The notes beneath the pieces were generated by a model. That model was given only the letters and a program-made list of their open reading frames with translations. It was not told the origin of the DNA and did not search any database. A DNA stretch of 64,000 nt, taken from positions 9,796,001 through 9,860,000 of the forward strand of contig NW_027266267.1 of the NCBI RefSeq assembly GCF_022045235.1, given 5' to 3'. Shown piece after piece: positions 1 to 13,300 of this stretch. Position 1 is the stretch's first letter, and each line of letters opens with the position of its first letter. A program made the translations under genes and the position numbers. The stretch is from Haliotis cracherodii (lineage: Eukaryota).

Positions 1-1562
1 AGGCTGAGTAGGTGGTTCATCTGAGTTATATGCCTTCATCCATTAGTCTTGATAAATACCAATGCCAACATGAGTGTACACACAATGGAACAAAAGGTAA
101 CAATAAACAAATAATGATTTCGTGGATCGTTCTGTATTGTTTTCAAACAGGTTGCCTTGTCCAGATTGGATTAGTTAGACTGCAGACCAGTAATACTGAA
201 GACTTGGCTCGCTCTCTGTATATTCTTGACATCGCTGATTCTGTGTGCGTGTCTGTCAGACACTGTGGTCATGCATGGTGACTTGGTTGATTGCGGATTG
301 TCGCTCATAACATTAACCACTGGATTATCTGTAGATATACTAATTGATAAATCTCTATCACGTTGAGCAGTATTGCTATATATTCTGACGATAGCCAGAA
401 TGAACATAAGTGTACAAATATGTGGTATTATACATACCTTGTTGTTCTCCATGCACCACATGTGTGTAAAAATGCATAACTAGTCCGTACCAGAATACTA
501 CATGTGTTTCATATCCCATGGTGTAGTGATAGTGTCAGACAAGTACTGAGACATTTGACCCTAAGGCTGTACGTAGCGAAGTGCATCCTCATCATTGAGT
601 GAGACCCCATCACCCGCATCCTTCCACCAGCGGAACATGCACTAATCAGGCACTTGTGACTTTATGGAATGGCTTACTTCCTTGTGGTGAAACTGTAATC
701 TATTGATTCTGTTCAGGTCCATTCACTATGAAGATGTTCAGCTTATTAATTGTTTAGTGTTTTTCATTTAACGTCGCACTTAGCAATAGTCCAGCAATAT
801 GCAAAAGGTCTGTAAGTGTGTGTACATTCATATTATATCAGTTGTTGTCACTCTACGTACAATTAAGTAGAACATACTCTAACAACCATCACAAACATAC
901 ACACCACACCAAAGACCACAAGACCTTTTCTATACACCAAATTACAATCGTTGAAGCTCAGATATCAATGGGGGAACATCATGAACTGTGAGATTCTAAC
1001 GAAGATCTGGTGGTGCTGGGATGTTAGGTCACACTGACATGTCTCTTTGACATGCACAAGGAACCTGAGATGACACGATAGCCTGCTGAGGACTTTGTGA
1101 GTCGTACAGCTCCTTGGCAGTAGTTGAATGTTGCGATGGCATCAGTATGTTTACTGATTAAACCAAAGTATGTTTAGTATGACATAGTCATCGCACATTA
1201 CAATCCTCAATCTGGTGTAATGAACACATCATAATACGCATGATACACAGTATATACATTTAAATTGTGTTCCTTATAGAAGACTTTTATTCACCAGCGA
1301 GCTAAATATGACCATTAATGTAGTGGCGCATTATTATCAGGGCGCATATAAGAAACAATGACGTACATGACAATGCACCCAGTAAACAATACAAATGAGG
1401 GAAGGATTTCACGTCTCACACAACAATAAAATGTCAAGTGCCGTCAGTTCCCTTACACAAGTTGATCAAGCAGCTCTGACAGTCGCCAACCGTGTATGGC
1501 CGCATCTATTATTTGGGAGTACTGCAAGAAGATGACACTGCCTGTAGTTGTCAACCCTTTAC

Positions 1563-1700
1563 AGGGTGCTGGGGTAGCCTAGTGGTTAAAGCGTTCGCTC
1601 GTCACGTCGAAGACCAGGGTTCGATTCCCGACATGGGTACAATGTCTGGTGTCCCTCGCCGTGATTTTGCTGGAACATTGTTAAAGCAGCGTTAAACCAT
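1563..1700 (+). mobile_element. tRNA-derived SINE
   Basis: Pol III A box (TAGCCTAGTGG) and B box (GGGTTCGATTCCC), followed by the 3' tail GCTGGAACATTGTTAAAGCAGCGTTAAAC shared with other SINE copies in the window. Confidence 0.8.
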
Positions 1701-2616
1701 ACCCATATGCATTATGCTCACACCCAATTCTGCTGTTAGTGAAAGACTTTCCTCAGTTACCGACTGCAATCGTGGCTTAGTCACACGTTAGTCAACTGTG
1801 ACATGAATCGAGGAAGTGAGAGAAATATGAAACAAGGATTTCACATCAGTAAGGATAATATCGTTGATAATATGTCTATGTGTGCTTAGGGTGGGGCCTT
1901 TATGATCACGTTATGATCAGCATTTACTCTTCACCAGTGCGGAAGATGAAAACGAAAAACCCAATTGACTGAACAGCAGGCGACATATTTATAACACCTG
2001 AATGTTAACAATCAAGTTAGAATGCCTTTGGAGGTGGATTATAGAATGATAAGTGAAATAAGTGGAATATTTTATCAAGAGTGTAATTAACATCTTATTA
2101 GTTATCATATAAAGGGTAGCGCTGTAGATGCGATAATCCGATCCGATGAACTTGGAACCGCGAGTTAATAGATAGATGTAAGCTGCTCGGCGAATACACT
2201 AATTCTAAGTTACTGCACTGAGAGTTATTACGTTTTTAACATTAGATTTTTTAAATGGCATTACATGTATATAAACAATACACAACTACCCTCGTGTACT
2301 TCCGTAATGTAAAGACCATACCTGTGCTTGTTGGTTTCAGCGACAAAACCATTTACATTTTCATATGAAACTTCTAACAGCAGTGTCCAGTATAAGGACA
2401 GTGTCAGAGCAAGGGTTGAATGTTTCAAAGTTGAAGTCATCCCTTTTGTCATACAGTCTTGTGAGTTTTTTTGTCATACTGAAACTTCAACATATTAAAT
2501 AGATGAGACGTTTTCACTGATATTATTTATTTGGTTACACATCCCCTGTTTAAATTTGCCATTTTGAGTGTAAATGCAGACTCTGAAATTAAGACATTAT
2601 CACTTTAGGGTTTTCG

Positions 2617-3235
2617 CCGTGATATAACTGTAATACTGTTCAAAGCGACGGGAAACCCAACTCACTCACTCACTCCTCCCACATCAAGCTGACACACCGT
2701 GATATAACTGCAATACTGTTCACGGCAGCGTTAAACCCAACTCACTCACTCACTCCTCCCACATCAAGCTGACACACCGTGATATAACTGAAATACTGTT
2801 CAAAGCAGCGTTAAACCCAACTCACTCACTCACTCCTCCCACATCAAACTGACACACCATGATATAACTGAAATACTGTTCAAAGCAGCGTTAAACCCAA
2901 CTCACTCACTCACTCCTCCCACATCAAACTGACACACCGTGATATAACTGAAATACTGTTCAAAGCAGCGTTAAACCCAACTCACTCACTCACTCCTCCC
3001 ACATCAAACTGACACACCGTGATATAACTGAAATACTGTTCAAAGCGGCGTTAAACCCAACTCACTCACACACTTCTCCCACATCAAGCTGACACACCAT
3101 GATATAACTGAAATACTGTTCAAAGCAGCGTTAAACCCAACCCACTCACTCACTCACTCCTCCCACATCAAGCTGACACGCTTTTATATAACTCAAATAT
3201 TGTTCAAAGCCGAGTTAACCCTAACTAACAAACTC
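2617..3235. repeat. 80-bp tandem repeat (~7.7 units) made of a SINE 3' tail plus flank
   Basis: GATATAACTG recurs at 2621, 2701, 2781, 2861, 2941, 3021 and 3101. The unit is the SINE tail (...AAAGCAGCGTTAAACCCAACTCACTCACTC) plus CTCCCACATCAAGCTGACACAC. Confidence 0.95.
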
Positions 3236-3534
3236 ATTGTTCCAGGCATTTGAAATTGATAATCTTTGACGGCAGTTACCTTTCTGGAGGTATTTCATTC
3301 ATTTGTTGTTTTCCTTCTACAGGAATGCCAAAGAAATTAAATTGGTGGGCTGCGAGTCTTTTCCTTATTCCATATCAGAAACATTTAGAATAGTATGATC
3401 TCATCTGTTCATTAATTCCATGCAGCAGTATGCATGTTCTGAAATACTGCCATAACCCAAGTTGCCGGAGTTTGCCATATAGCAACCTGTTTGGCGCATT
3501 GGGAAATGGACACATCCTGACTTCAAATCCGTTA

Positions 3535-3806
3535 GGTCCAGTCGTATAAGGCGCCGCGATTCGCTGTGCAGAGTTGCGTTCCTTGGGCACGCCAGAAACC
3601 TAGGATTGTGGATTCGAATTCCGGTTCGCCCCGATTATGTTTCTAGGTTTGTCAGCACCATACCCGTGCTCGTGGGTTTCACCGAAGTGGTAAACGTCTG
3701 AGACCTGCATCCCTTCGGGCTTTCCTCCCACATTAAGATGACACGCCGAGGTATAGCTGGAATACTGTTAAAAGTGGCGTTAAACCCAACTCACTCACTC
3801 ACTCAC
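3535..3806 (+). mobile_element. SINE with tRNA-Leu-like head, V-domain-like core and (ACTC)n tail; slightly 5'-truncated
   Basis: Flanked by direct repeat TCAAATCCGTTA (3523-3534 / 3807-3818). Highly similar to the inverted copy at 36306-36585. Core GTGGGTTTCACCG...CTTCGGGCTTTCCTCCCACA. Confidence 0.88.
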
Positions 3807-4179
3807 TCAAATCCGTTAATATTCATCTTGGTAAGGGTATATAAAGCTAGCTGGGTTACTTGTCAGTAGCCCCCGTGCCAGTATTGACCCCACCACCCGT
3901 ATTTGTTATGTCAACTCTACCCATATGCACCCATTTTGTCAAGTAGCTTCATTAAATGTTAGGGCAAAATAGATAAATACTTAAAGAGACGTATTTGGTG
4001 AGTACTGTATATGATAAACCTTTTGTTACTGGTGTCAGCGTCCTTGTTTCGGTTTGTATATATTTCCCTCACGAAAGCTATTGTTGTTGGTTTATTACTA
4101 TGTTTGTTTAAGTTTCATTTTACTCAAACTTTCCTCATACACATTCATGATTAACATAACAAGCGAGCTGGTTTTTACG

Positions 4180-4392
4180 TGTTACGGAAGTGTTACGTGT
4201 AGTCAGGAGGTTGAACACATGGTATAGAAGATATATGCAGCTTGGTGAATCATCGAATATCATTTTTATGAATCTGCACACGATATTAACAGGCGAAGTT
4301 AAAGAGGAAACTTTGTTTTCGGGTTTCATTTGCCGGGTAAACGTGCTGCGTAGTGAAGTCATCCACGTGCCTCTTGTCAGACAAAATGGCGG
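4180..4392 (+). promoter_or_regulatory. Putative promoter / first exon region of the Ig-domain receptor gene
   Basis: ETS-like CGGAAGTG (~4183), E-box CACGTG (~4364), and CAAAATGGCGGC (Kozak context overlapping a YY1-type motif) at ATG 4386, followed by donor GTAAGT at 4401. Motif matches only. Confidence 0.35.
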
Positions 4393-7300
4393 CTGATACT
4401 GTAAGTAAATACACAATGTTCATAACAGTGAGTGAGTGAGTGAGTGAGTGAGTGAGGTCTGACATGTTCGGACTTGTTTCAGAAGTTGTATAGCTCAGAA
4501 CATTACATGTATCTAACGCAATGGATGGTCATGCACCGTCACAGTGACCGTAGCAGAGAGAACATTACACGTATGTAACGCAGTGGATGGTCAAGCACCG
4601 TCACAGTGACCGTAGCAGAGAGAACATTACATGTATATAACGCAGTGGATGGTCAAGCACCGTCACAGTGACAGTAGCAGAGAGAACATTACATGTATCT
4701 AACGCAGTGGATGGTCAAGCACTGTCACAGTGACAGTAGCAGAGAGAACATTACATGTATGTAACGCAGTGGATGGTCAAGCACCGTCATAGTGACCGTA
4801 GCCGAGAGAACATTACACGTATATAACGCAGTGGATAGTCAAGCACTGTCACAGTGACCGTAGCAGAGAGAACATTTAACATATGTAACGCAGTGGATGG
4901 TCATGCACCGTCACAGTGACCGTAGCCGAGAGAACATTACATGTATGTAACGCAGTGGATGGTCATGCACCGTCACAGTGACCGTAGCCGAGAGAACATT
5001 ACATGTATGTAACGCAGTGGATGGTCATGCACCGTCACAGTGACAGTAGCCGAGAGAACATCACACGTATGTAACGCAGTGGATGGTCATGCACAGTCAC
5101 AGTGACAGTAGCCGAGAGAACATTACAGGTATGTAACGCAGTGGATGGTCAAGCACCGTCACAGTGACCGTAGCAGAGAGAACATTACATCTATGTAACT
5201 CAATGGATGGTCAAGCACCGTCACAGTGACCGTAGCAGAGAGAACATTACATCTATGTAACTCAATGGATGGTCAAGCACCGTCACAGCGACCGTAGCCG
5301 AGAGAACATTACTTGTATTTAACGCAGTGGATGGTCAAGCACTGTCACAGTGACAGTAGCCGAGAGAACATCACACGTATGTAACGCAGTGGATGGTCAA
5401 GCACCGCCACTGTGACCGTAGCAGAGAGAACATTACATGTATGTAACGCAATGGATGGTCAAGCACTGTCACAGTGACAGTAGCAGAGAGAACATTACAG
5501 GTATGTAACGCAGTGGATAGTCAAGCACCGTCACAGTGACCGTAGCCGAGAGAACAGTACATGTATGTAACGCAGTGGATGGTCAAGCACCGTCACAGTG
5601 ACCGTAGCAAAAAGAACATTACACGTATGTAACGCAGTAGATGGTCATGCACCGTCACAGTGACCGTAGCAGAGAGAACATTTAACGTATGTAACGCAGT
5701 GGATGGTCAAGCACAGTCACAGTGACAGTAGCAGAGAGAACATTACATGTATGTAACGAAATGGATCGTCAAGCACCGTCACAGTGACAGTAGGAGAGAG
5801 AACATTACATGTATGTAACGCAATGGATGGTCAAGCACCGTCACAGTTACCGTAGCAGAGAGAACATTACATCTATGTAACTCAATGGATGGTCATGCAC
5901 CGTCACAGCGACAGTAGCCGAGAGAACATTACAGGTATGTAACTCAATGGATGGTCAAGCACCGTCACAGTGACCGTAGCCGGGAGAACATTACATGTAT
6001 GTAACGCAGTGGATGGTCAAGCACCGTCACAGTGACAGTAGCAGAGAGAACATTACACGTATGTAACGCAATGGCTGGTCAAGCACCGTCACAGTGACAG
6101 TAGCCGAGAGAACATCACACGTATGTAACGCAGTGGATGGTCAAGCACCGTCACAGTGAACAGTAGCCGAGAGAACATTACATGTATTTAAAGCAGTGGA
6201 TGGTCAAACACCGTCACAGTGACAGTAGCCGAGAGAACATTACAGGTGTGTAACTCAATGGATGGTCAAGCACCGTCACAGTGACAGTAGCCGAGAGAAC
6301 ATTACATGTATGTAACTCAATGGATGTTCATGCACCGTCACAGTGACCGTAGCAGAGAGAACATTACATGTATGTAACTCAATGGATGGTCAAGCACCGT
6401 CACAGTGACAGAAGCAGAGAGAACATTACAGGTATGTAACTCAATGGATGGTCAAGCACCGTCACACTGACAGTAGCCGAGAGAACATTACAGGTATGTA
6501 ACTCAATGGATGGTCAAGCACCGTCACAGTGACAGTAGCCGAGAGAACATTACATGTATGTAACTCAATGGATGGTCAAGCACCGTCACAGTGACCGTAG
6601 CCGAGAGAACATTACAGGTATGTAACTCAATGGATGGTCAAGCACCGTCACAGTGACAGTAGCCGAGAGAACATTACAGGTATGTAACTCAATGGATGGT
6701 CAAGCACCGTCACAGTGACCGTAGCCGAGAGAACATTACAGGTATGTAACGCAGTGGATGGTCAAGCACCGTCACAGTGACCGTAGCAGAGAGAACATTA
6801 CATCTATGTAACTCAATGGATGGTCAAGCACCGTCACAGTGACCGTAGCAGAGAGAACATTACATCTATGTAACTCAATGGATGGTCAAGCACCGTCACA
6901 GCGACCGTAGCCGAGAGAACATTACTTGTATTTAACGCAGTGGATGGTCAAGCACTGTCACAGTGACAGTAGCCGAGAGAACATCACACGTATGTAACGC
7001 AGTGGATGGTCAAGCACCGCCACTGTGACCGTAGCAGAGAGAACATTACATGTATGTAACGCAATGGATGGTCAAGCACTGTCACAGTGACAGTAGCAGA
7101 GAGAACATTACAGGTATGTAACGCAGTGGATAGTCAAGCACCGTCACAGTGACCGTAGCCGAGAGAACAGTACATGTATGTAACGCAGTGGATGGTCAAG
7201 CACCGTCACAGTGACCGTAGCAAAAAGAACATTACACGTATGTAACGCAGTAGATGGTCATGCACCGTCACAGTGACCGTAGCAGAGAGAACATTTAACG

Positions 7301-10300
7301 TATGTAACGCAGTGGATGGTCAAGCACAGTCACAGTGACAGTAGCAGAGAGAACATTACATGTATGTAACGAAATGGATCGTCAAGCACCGTCACAGTGA
7401 CAGTAGGAGAGAGAACATTACATGTATGTAACGCAATGGATGGTCAAGCACCGTCACAGTTACCGTAGCAGAGAGAACATTACATCTATGTAACTCAATG
7501 GATGGTCATGCACCGTCACAGCGACAGTAGCCGAGAGAACATTACAGGTATGTAACTCAATGGATGGTCAAGCACCGTCACAGTGACCGTAGCCGGGAGA
7601 ACATTACATGTATGTAACGCAGTGGATGGTCAAGCACCGTCACAGTGACAGTAGCAGAGAGAACATTACACGTATGTAACGCAATGGCTGGTCAAGCACC
7701 GTCACAGTGACAGTAGCCGAGAGAACATCACACGTATGTAACGCAGTGGATGGTCAAGCACCGTCACAGTGAACAGTAGCCGAGAGAACATTACATGTAT
7801 TTAAAGCAGTGGATGGTCAAACACCGTCACAGTGACAGTAGCCGAGAGAACATTACAGGTGTGTAACTCAATGGATGGTCAAGCACCGTCACAGTGACAG
7901 TAGCCGAGAGAACATTACATGTATGTAACTCAATGGATGTTCATGCACCGTCACAGTGACCGTAGCAGAGAGAACATTACATGTATGTAACTCAATGGAT
8001 GGTCAAGCACCGTCACAGTGACAGAAGCAGAGAGAACATTACAGGTATGTAACTCAATGGATGGTCAAGCACCGTCACACTGACAGTAGCCGAGAGAACA
8101 TTACAGGTATGTAACTCAATGGATGGTCAAGCACCGTCACAGTGACAGTAGCCGAGAGAACATTACAGGTATGTAACTCAATGGATGGTCAAGCACCGTC
8201 ACAGTGACCGTAGCCGAGAGAACATTACAGGTATGTAACTCAATGGATGGTCAAGTACCGTCACAGTGACAGTAGCCGAGAGAACATTACAGGTATGTAA
8301 CTCAATGGATGGTCAAGCACCGTCACAGTGACAGTAGCCGAGAGAACATTACAGGTATGTAACTCAATGGATGGTCAAGCACCGTCACAGTGACCGTAGC
8401 CGAGAGAACATTACAGGTATGTAACTCAATGGATGGTCAAGCACCGTCACAGTGACAGTAGCCGAGAGAACATTACAGGTATGTAACTCAATGGATGGTC
8501 AAGCACCGTCACAGTGACCGTAGCCGAGAGAACATTACAGGTATGTAACTCAATGGATGGTCAAGCACCGTCACAGTGACAGTAGCCGAGAGAACATCAC
8601 ACGTATGTAACGCAGTGGATGGTCAAGCACCGTCACAGTGAACAGTAGCCGAGAGAACATTACATGTATTTAAAGCAGTGGTTGGTCAAACACCGTCACA
8701 GTGACAGTAGCCGAGAGAACATTACAGGTGTGTAACTCAATGGATGGTCAAGCACCGTCACAGTGACAGTAGCCGAGAGAACATTACATGTATGTAACTC
8801 AATGGATGTTCATGCACCGTCACAGTGACCGTAGCAGAGAGAACATTACATGTATGTAACTCAATGGATGGTCAAGCACCGTCACAGTGACAGAAGCAGA
8901 GAGAACATTACAGGTATGTAACTCAATGGATGGTCAAGCACCGTCACACTGACAGTAGCCGAGAGAACATTACAGGTATGTAACTCAATGGATGGTCAAG
9001 CACCGTCACAGTGACCGTAGCCGAGAACGTTGAAATCGAGAAGTTGAGAAGCACAGGCAGAAATTAGGTGTACGTTTACAATAGATAAAAGACTCCTGTA
9101 ATTGTTCAAATGGTTTAATTTGCCATACTGACTGACATACTGAGAAAATGCATGATTTCATAAATAACATGAACATGCCAAAATGTCAATTTACAAATTA
9201 ATAGCTTGTGTGTCCATCTCTGGTTGCGATGCAAGCAACACATCTTTGTCTCATGGAATGGACCAAGCTTCGCACAAAGTCCTGTGGGATATCTGTCCAT
9301 CTCTGCTGGAGCATGTTTCGAAGTTCCTGAGGTGTCTTTGGAACACATGGTTGACGTCGAAGGCGCCGTTCCATCTCATCCCACATGTGCTCGATTGGTG
9401 AGAGATCAGGGGAGCGAGCCGGCCAGGGGATGACAATCACGTTGTTTTGTTGATGAGATTCCTGAACAAGTCGAGCAATATGAGGCCGGGCATTGTCATG
9501 TTGAAGGGTATTGCCTGGGCCATGGCGACGCAAAAACGGTAGAACAACAGGACCGATGATCTCGTCGCGGTAGCGCTATCCATTCAGAATTCCCTCAATC
9601 TACCACTACCAAACGGGTCGTCTGTCTTGCTGTAATCCCACCCGTACCATAACGCTGCCGCCCCCGAACCGATCCTTGACACAATGATTGACGTAACGGT
9701 CACCTCGACGTCGGTACACTCGAATCCGCCCATCACTGTTGCTGAGGTGAAAACGAGACTCTTCAGTGAATAGAACTTGTCCCCACTGCATGACCGTCCA
9801 GCGTAGGCGCTGTCTGCACCACTGTAGACGTGCTTGACGGTGGTTTCCTGTCAAAATGGGACGTCTTGCCGGTCTTCTGGCGTCAATCCCTGCACATCTA
9901 AGGCGGCGACGTACTGTTTGTGAAGATATTCGTCGAAGGCCAGGGATGCTTCTTGCAGTCACTGTTGCTGGCTGGAATCGATTTTGTAGGTGTGTTGTTC
10001 GAATCCAGTTGTCTTGTCGATTATTGGTTACGCATGGCTTGCCACGCTGAGGATGGTCTCTGACTGCATTCGTCTGTTGCCATCGTTGCCATAAACACCA
10101 AATGGTGTTTCTGTGGACGTTAAATTGTCTTGCATCATCACGTTGACTCTATCCTACTTCAAGCATACCAAATGCTCGCAGACGCTCGTTTTAGGACAGG
10201 CGTGGCATTTCGTAATGTTGAAGAATTGCGTAATTTTGTTGTTTTTCTGAGTGGTTGTTGTCAGCACGATGCTAAACAATGCATATGAGATCCCGTTAAC

Positions 10301-13300
10301 GCATATATTTTTATACTCATTCTTGGGTAGTAAAATGCATTGGGCTTGCATAAAAGTGAATGTTTGCATGAAATGCAAGCTTTTCTGTAGCAGTTGCGTT
10401 TTTGTGACTTGATTCCATACATGCACTACACTATTGAAAACCAAACTTTACTTGTTTGAAAAATATACTCAAATATTGGTGTCACAGGAACTTTTGTTGT
10501 TGAGTATATGTAAAACATGTGTATGTGTGCAACTTTGGAAACACATTCATTCGTAATTGTTGACTATGTATCTGTCATATATTAGGGGAATGCAAAGCTG
10601 CTGTCTCCTTTGAAGCTGTACGCTGCAGTAGTGTTGATCTGTGGAGTGCTTGGACTACAAAATGTAGGTAGGTATTTGCTATGTAGATGTTCGCCTTATT
10701 GTCGTAGTTTCTCTAATTCCATAGAGTAACATATTTTCAAAGAGACTGTGTGACAAAAGGGGAGACATCAACTGTCCCTTTATGTCGAGCAATATTCCAG
10801 CAGCTCCAACCCTTGGTGGCTACATGTCACACCCTTCTAAAGTACGATCGAACATACTCTTTCCACTAAGATTTCAAACTGGCTTAAGCCTTAGTACGAT
10901 GTTCAAAATATGTGATGGAGGATATTTGCAAATTTGACCTATCAATAACCAACACGCTGTCCGATGCACTTCCCCATTTGGACTTGTACCATTATACTAC
11001 CACATGCTTCCGTGAACACTTGACTTGCTTTGCGTGTGTTTGTGACGGGTACTACCGGCGAGGCAGAGCACGCTCCCTTTTCCACGAACATCTTGCATCA
11101 TCATCATTTGTAGTGTTTAGACCTTCTGCTTATGGCATAGTCTGAACACATTGTACTCTACCTTCAGTAGAAATGTTTCATGATTATGGACATTGATGCT
11201 TTTCATTTGAATCCATGTTTCGCTCTGGTGATGATGAATGAACAAACCCAACATGTTTATTCCAACACCTTTCACGCAAAATACTCACTCATTTTTTGCT
11301 TACAAAATAAAATTGAAAATGAAACTAAATATAAATAATATGGCTGTCAATCATATCGGAAAGACAATCAAATATATGTCAGCAACTCGCCTCAATATAA
11401 CAACAGCATATACGTCAGCTATTAATGTCATCATTATTGATCTTGTTTGAATAATTGATCATGGTTATAAAAACACAACTATGTATTGAAAATACATACA
11501 AATGAACAACAAACAAAAATCTTTGAAAGTCATGTGAAAGATTTTCTTGCCAGGTCTTCGTCTGACTTCTGACCCAATGTTTGCCAAGGACGGAACGTCT
11601 GTTACTATATCGTGCAGATATGCTGGGGGCAATAATATCACAAAAGCACAGTGGTACAGAAACAATGTGATCATCTTCCAAACAAGTCACCTCCAGCCAA
11701 ACCAGGCGCTTGATGAAAACAGGAACACATCTGTATATGGGCGAATTACTGTGGACGCAACTATAAGACGACATGACATCATTCTCCCGTTCAATACCAC
11801 TCTTGACGAACGATCTGTGTGGGAGTGTAGAGACGGCAATAAATCAAGTTACAAGATGACACTTTGTTCAAAGCATATTGGTAAGGAGACAATGTAGAAG
11901 TGGGATAGTGACACAAAGAAATTTGATTAAAATAACAAAGAAATAAAACATATCTACAATAAGGAGATTCACATTTGATGGCACCAACCCCCTATCAACT
12001 CAATTTGGAAGGCCCATTACACATTATCTGACAATGATGAAAGATTAAAGTCAGTTTCTTAACTTTACATTTTGTACGCAGATTCGGCGTAGTTAACGCA
12101 TGCCACGTTGTATTGCTGTAACATGATTTGAATGTTACAGATGAATGTATACGGCCGAATCTCACATCAGAACCAAAGGAAGCACTAGATGGCACCAATG
12201 TCTCTCTTTCCTGTAGACACGGAGCAGGCCGCAATATTACAACAGTGCTGTGGTATCGGAACTATGTTTATATATTCCAAACGTCCAACCACAAACCGGA
12301 AATCGTACAAGACAAGCAGTCGGACAAAGAAGACTACAAGGCTGTGGATGGGCGTATTTTAGTTAACGCCAACTTTGCCGTTCACAACGTGATATTCCGA
12401 ATGAACTCTGTGCTTGATGCGGAATCTGTGTGGACTTGTGATAATAATCAGAAGTTCAGTGATGACTTGGTGATCGAGACAAAAAGAGGTAAGAGGGAGA
12501 TAACTCCGTTAATGTGTACATGCATCGACAGCGCGATATATCTATATATTTCATATGACGATGTTGATATGCCTCATCAGTTTATATAAAGATGTGCTCT
12601 TGAAGTGGTTTGTAACTTACATACTTATCTGCTGTGGCTGATTTCACATCATGATAAACATCATCCTCTTTTTATTACAGCTGGCAGTTCTGAATCAACC
12701 GCCTTTCCTCTGTCATCGACACCAACAACTTACGGGAACGGTAATATGTGAAATAACAGAGATATATTATACATTCATCCTTGAAAGGTACATTCTAAAA
12801 CCACAAAAGCAATAAGTGATAAAGGGCATAATTTCACAGTCGGTATTTCTGCTCGTATCAGCAAATTCAAAACAGGGAAATTTGGTCAAGATGTTTAATT
12901 TAATAAGCTTCAGGTATATCGGAGATCCGATAATGGTCAAATAGCCAATTCCTTTTCTCTGATTGACCCATCTGAGCAAGAAATAAATAAGACTAGTGAA
13001 ACGCCTCATCCGTTTCATATGTAGCTCTATGCGTTCAGATTCAGAGTGACAAAAACTCTCTACATGTCTGTATGAAACGAGGGATGACTTCAACTTTCAT
13101 GCATATGACTCTAACTATAACGTTGTTTGACCAGTGTTACAACATTCCAGGTATTTGTTTGTGTTTGTGTGTTTAACACCGCAATCAACAATATTCCAGC
13201 TATAGGGAGGCGGTCTGTAAATGCTCGAATCTGGACCAAACAATCCAGTGATTGACCTCTTGAGCAGCTATCTACGCAGTTGGGATTCGATGATATTCAT

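Noticed and set aside
12-461. Cys-containing ORFs or exons at the window start
   Set aside because: A GT..AG pair (96-150) exists, but I found no recognisable domain or consistent exon chain.
1563-1640. tRNA gene
   Set aside because: A and B boxes are present, but the sequence continues into a SINE body and tail shared with other copies.
4497-9028. CRISPR array
   Set aside because: The whole 62-bp unit repeats with no unique spacers, no cas genes are present, and the context is eukaryotic.
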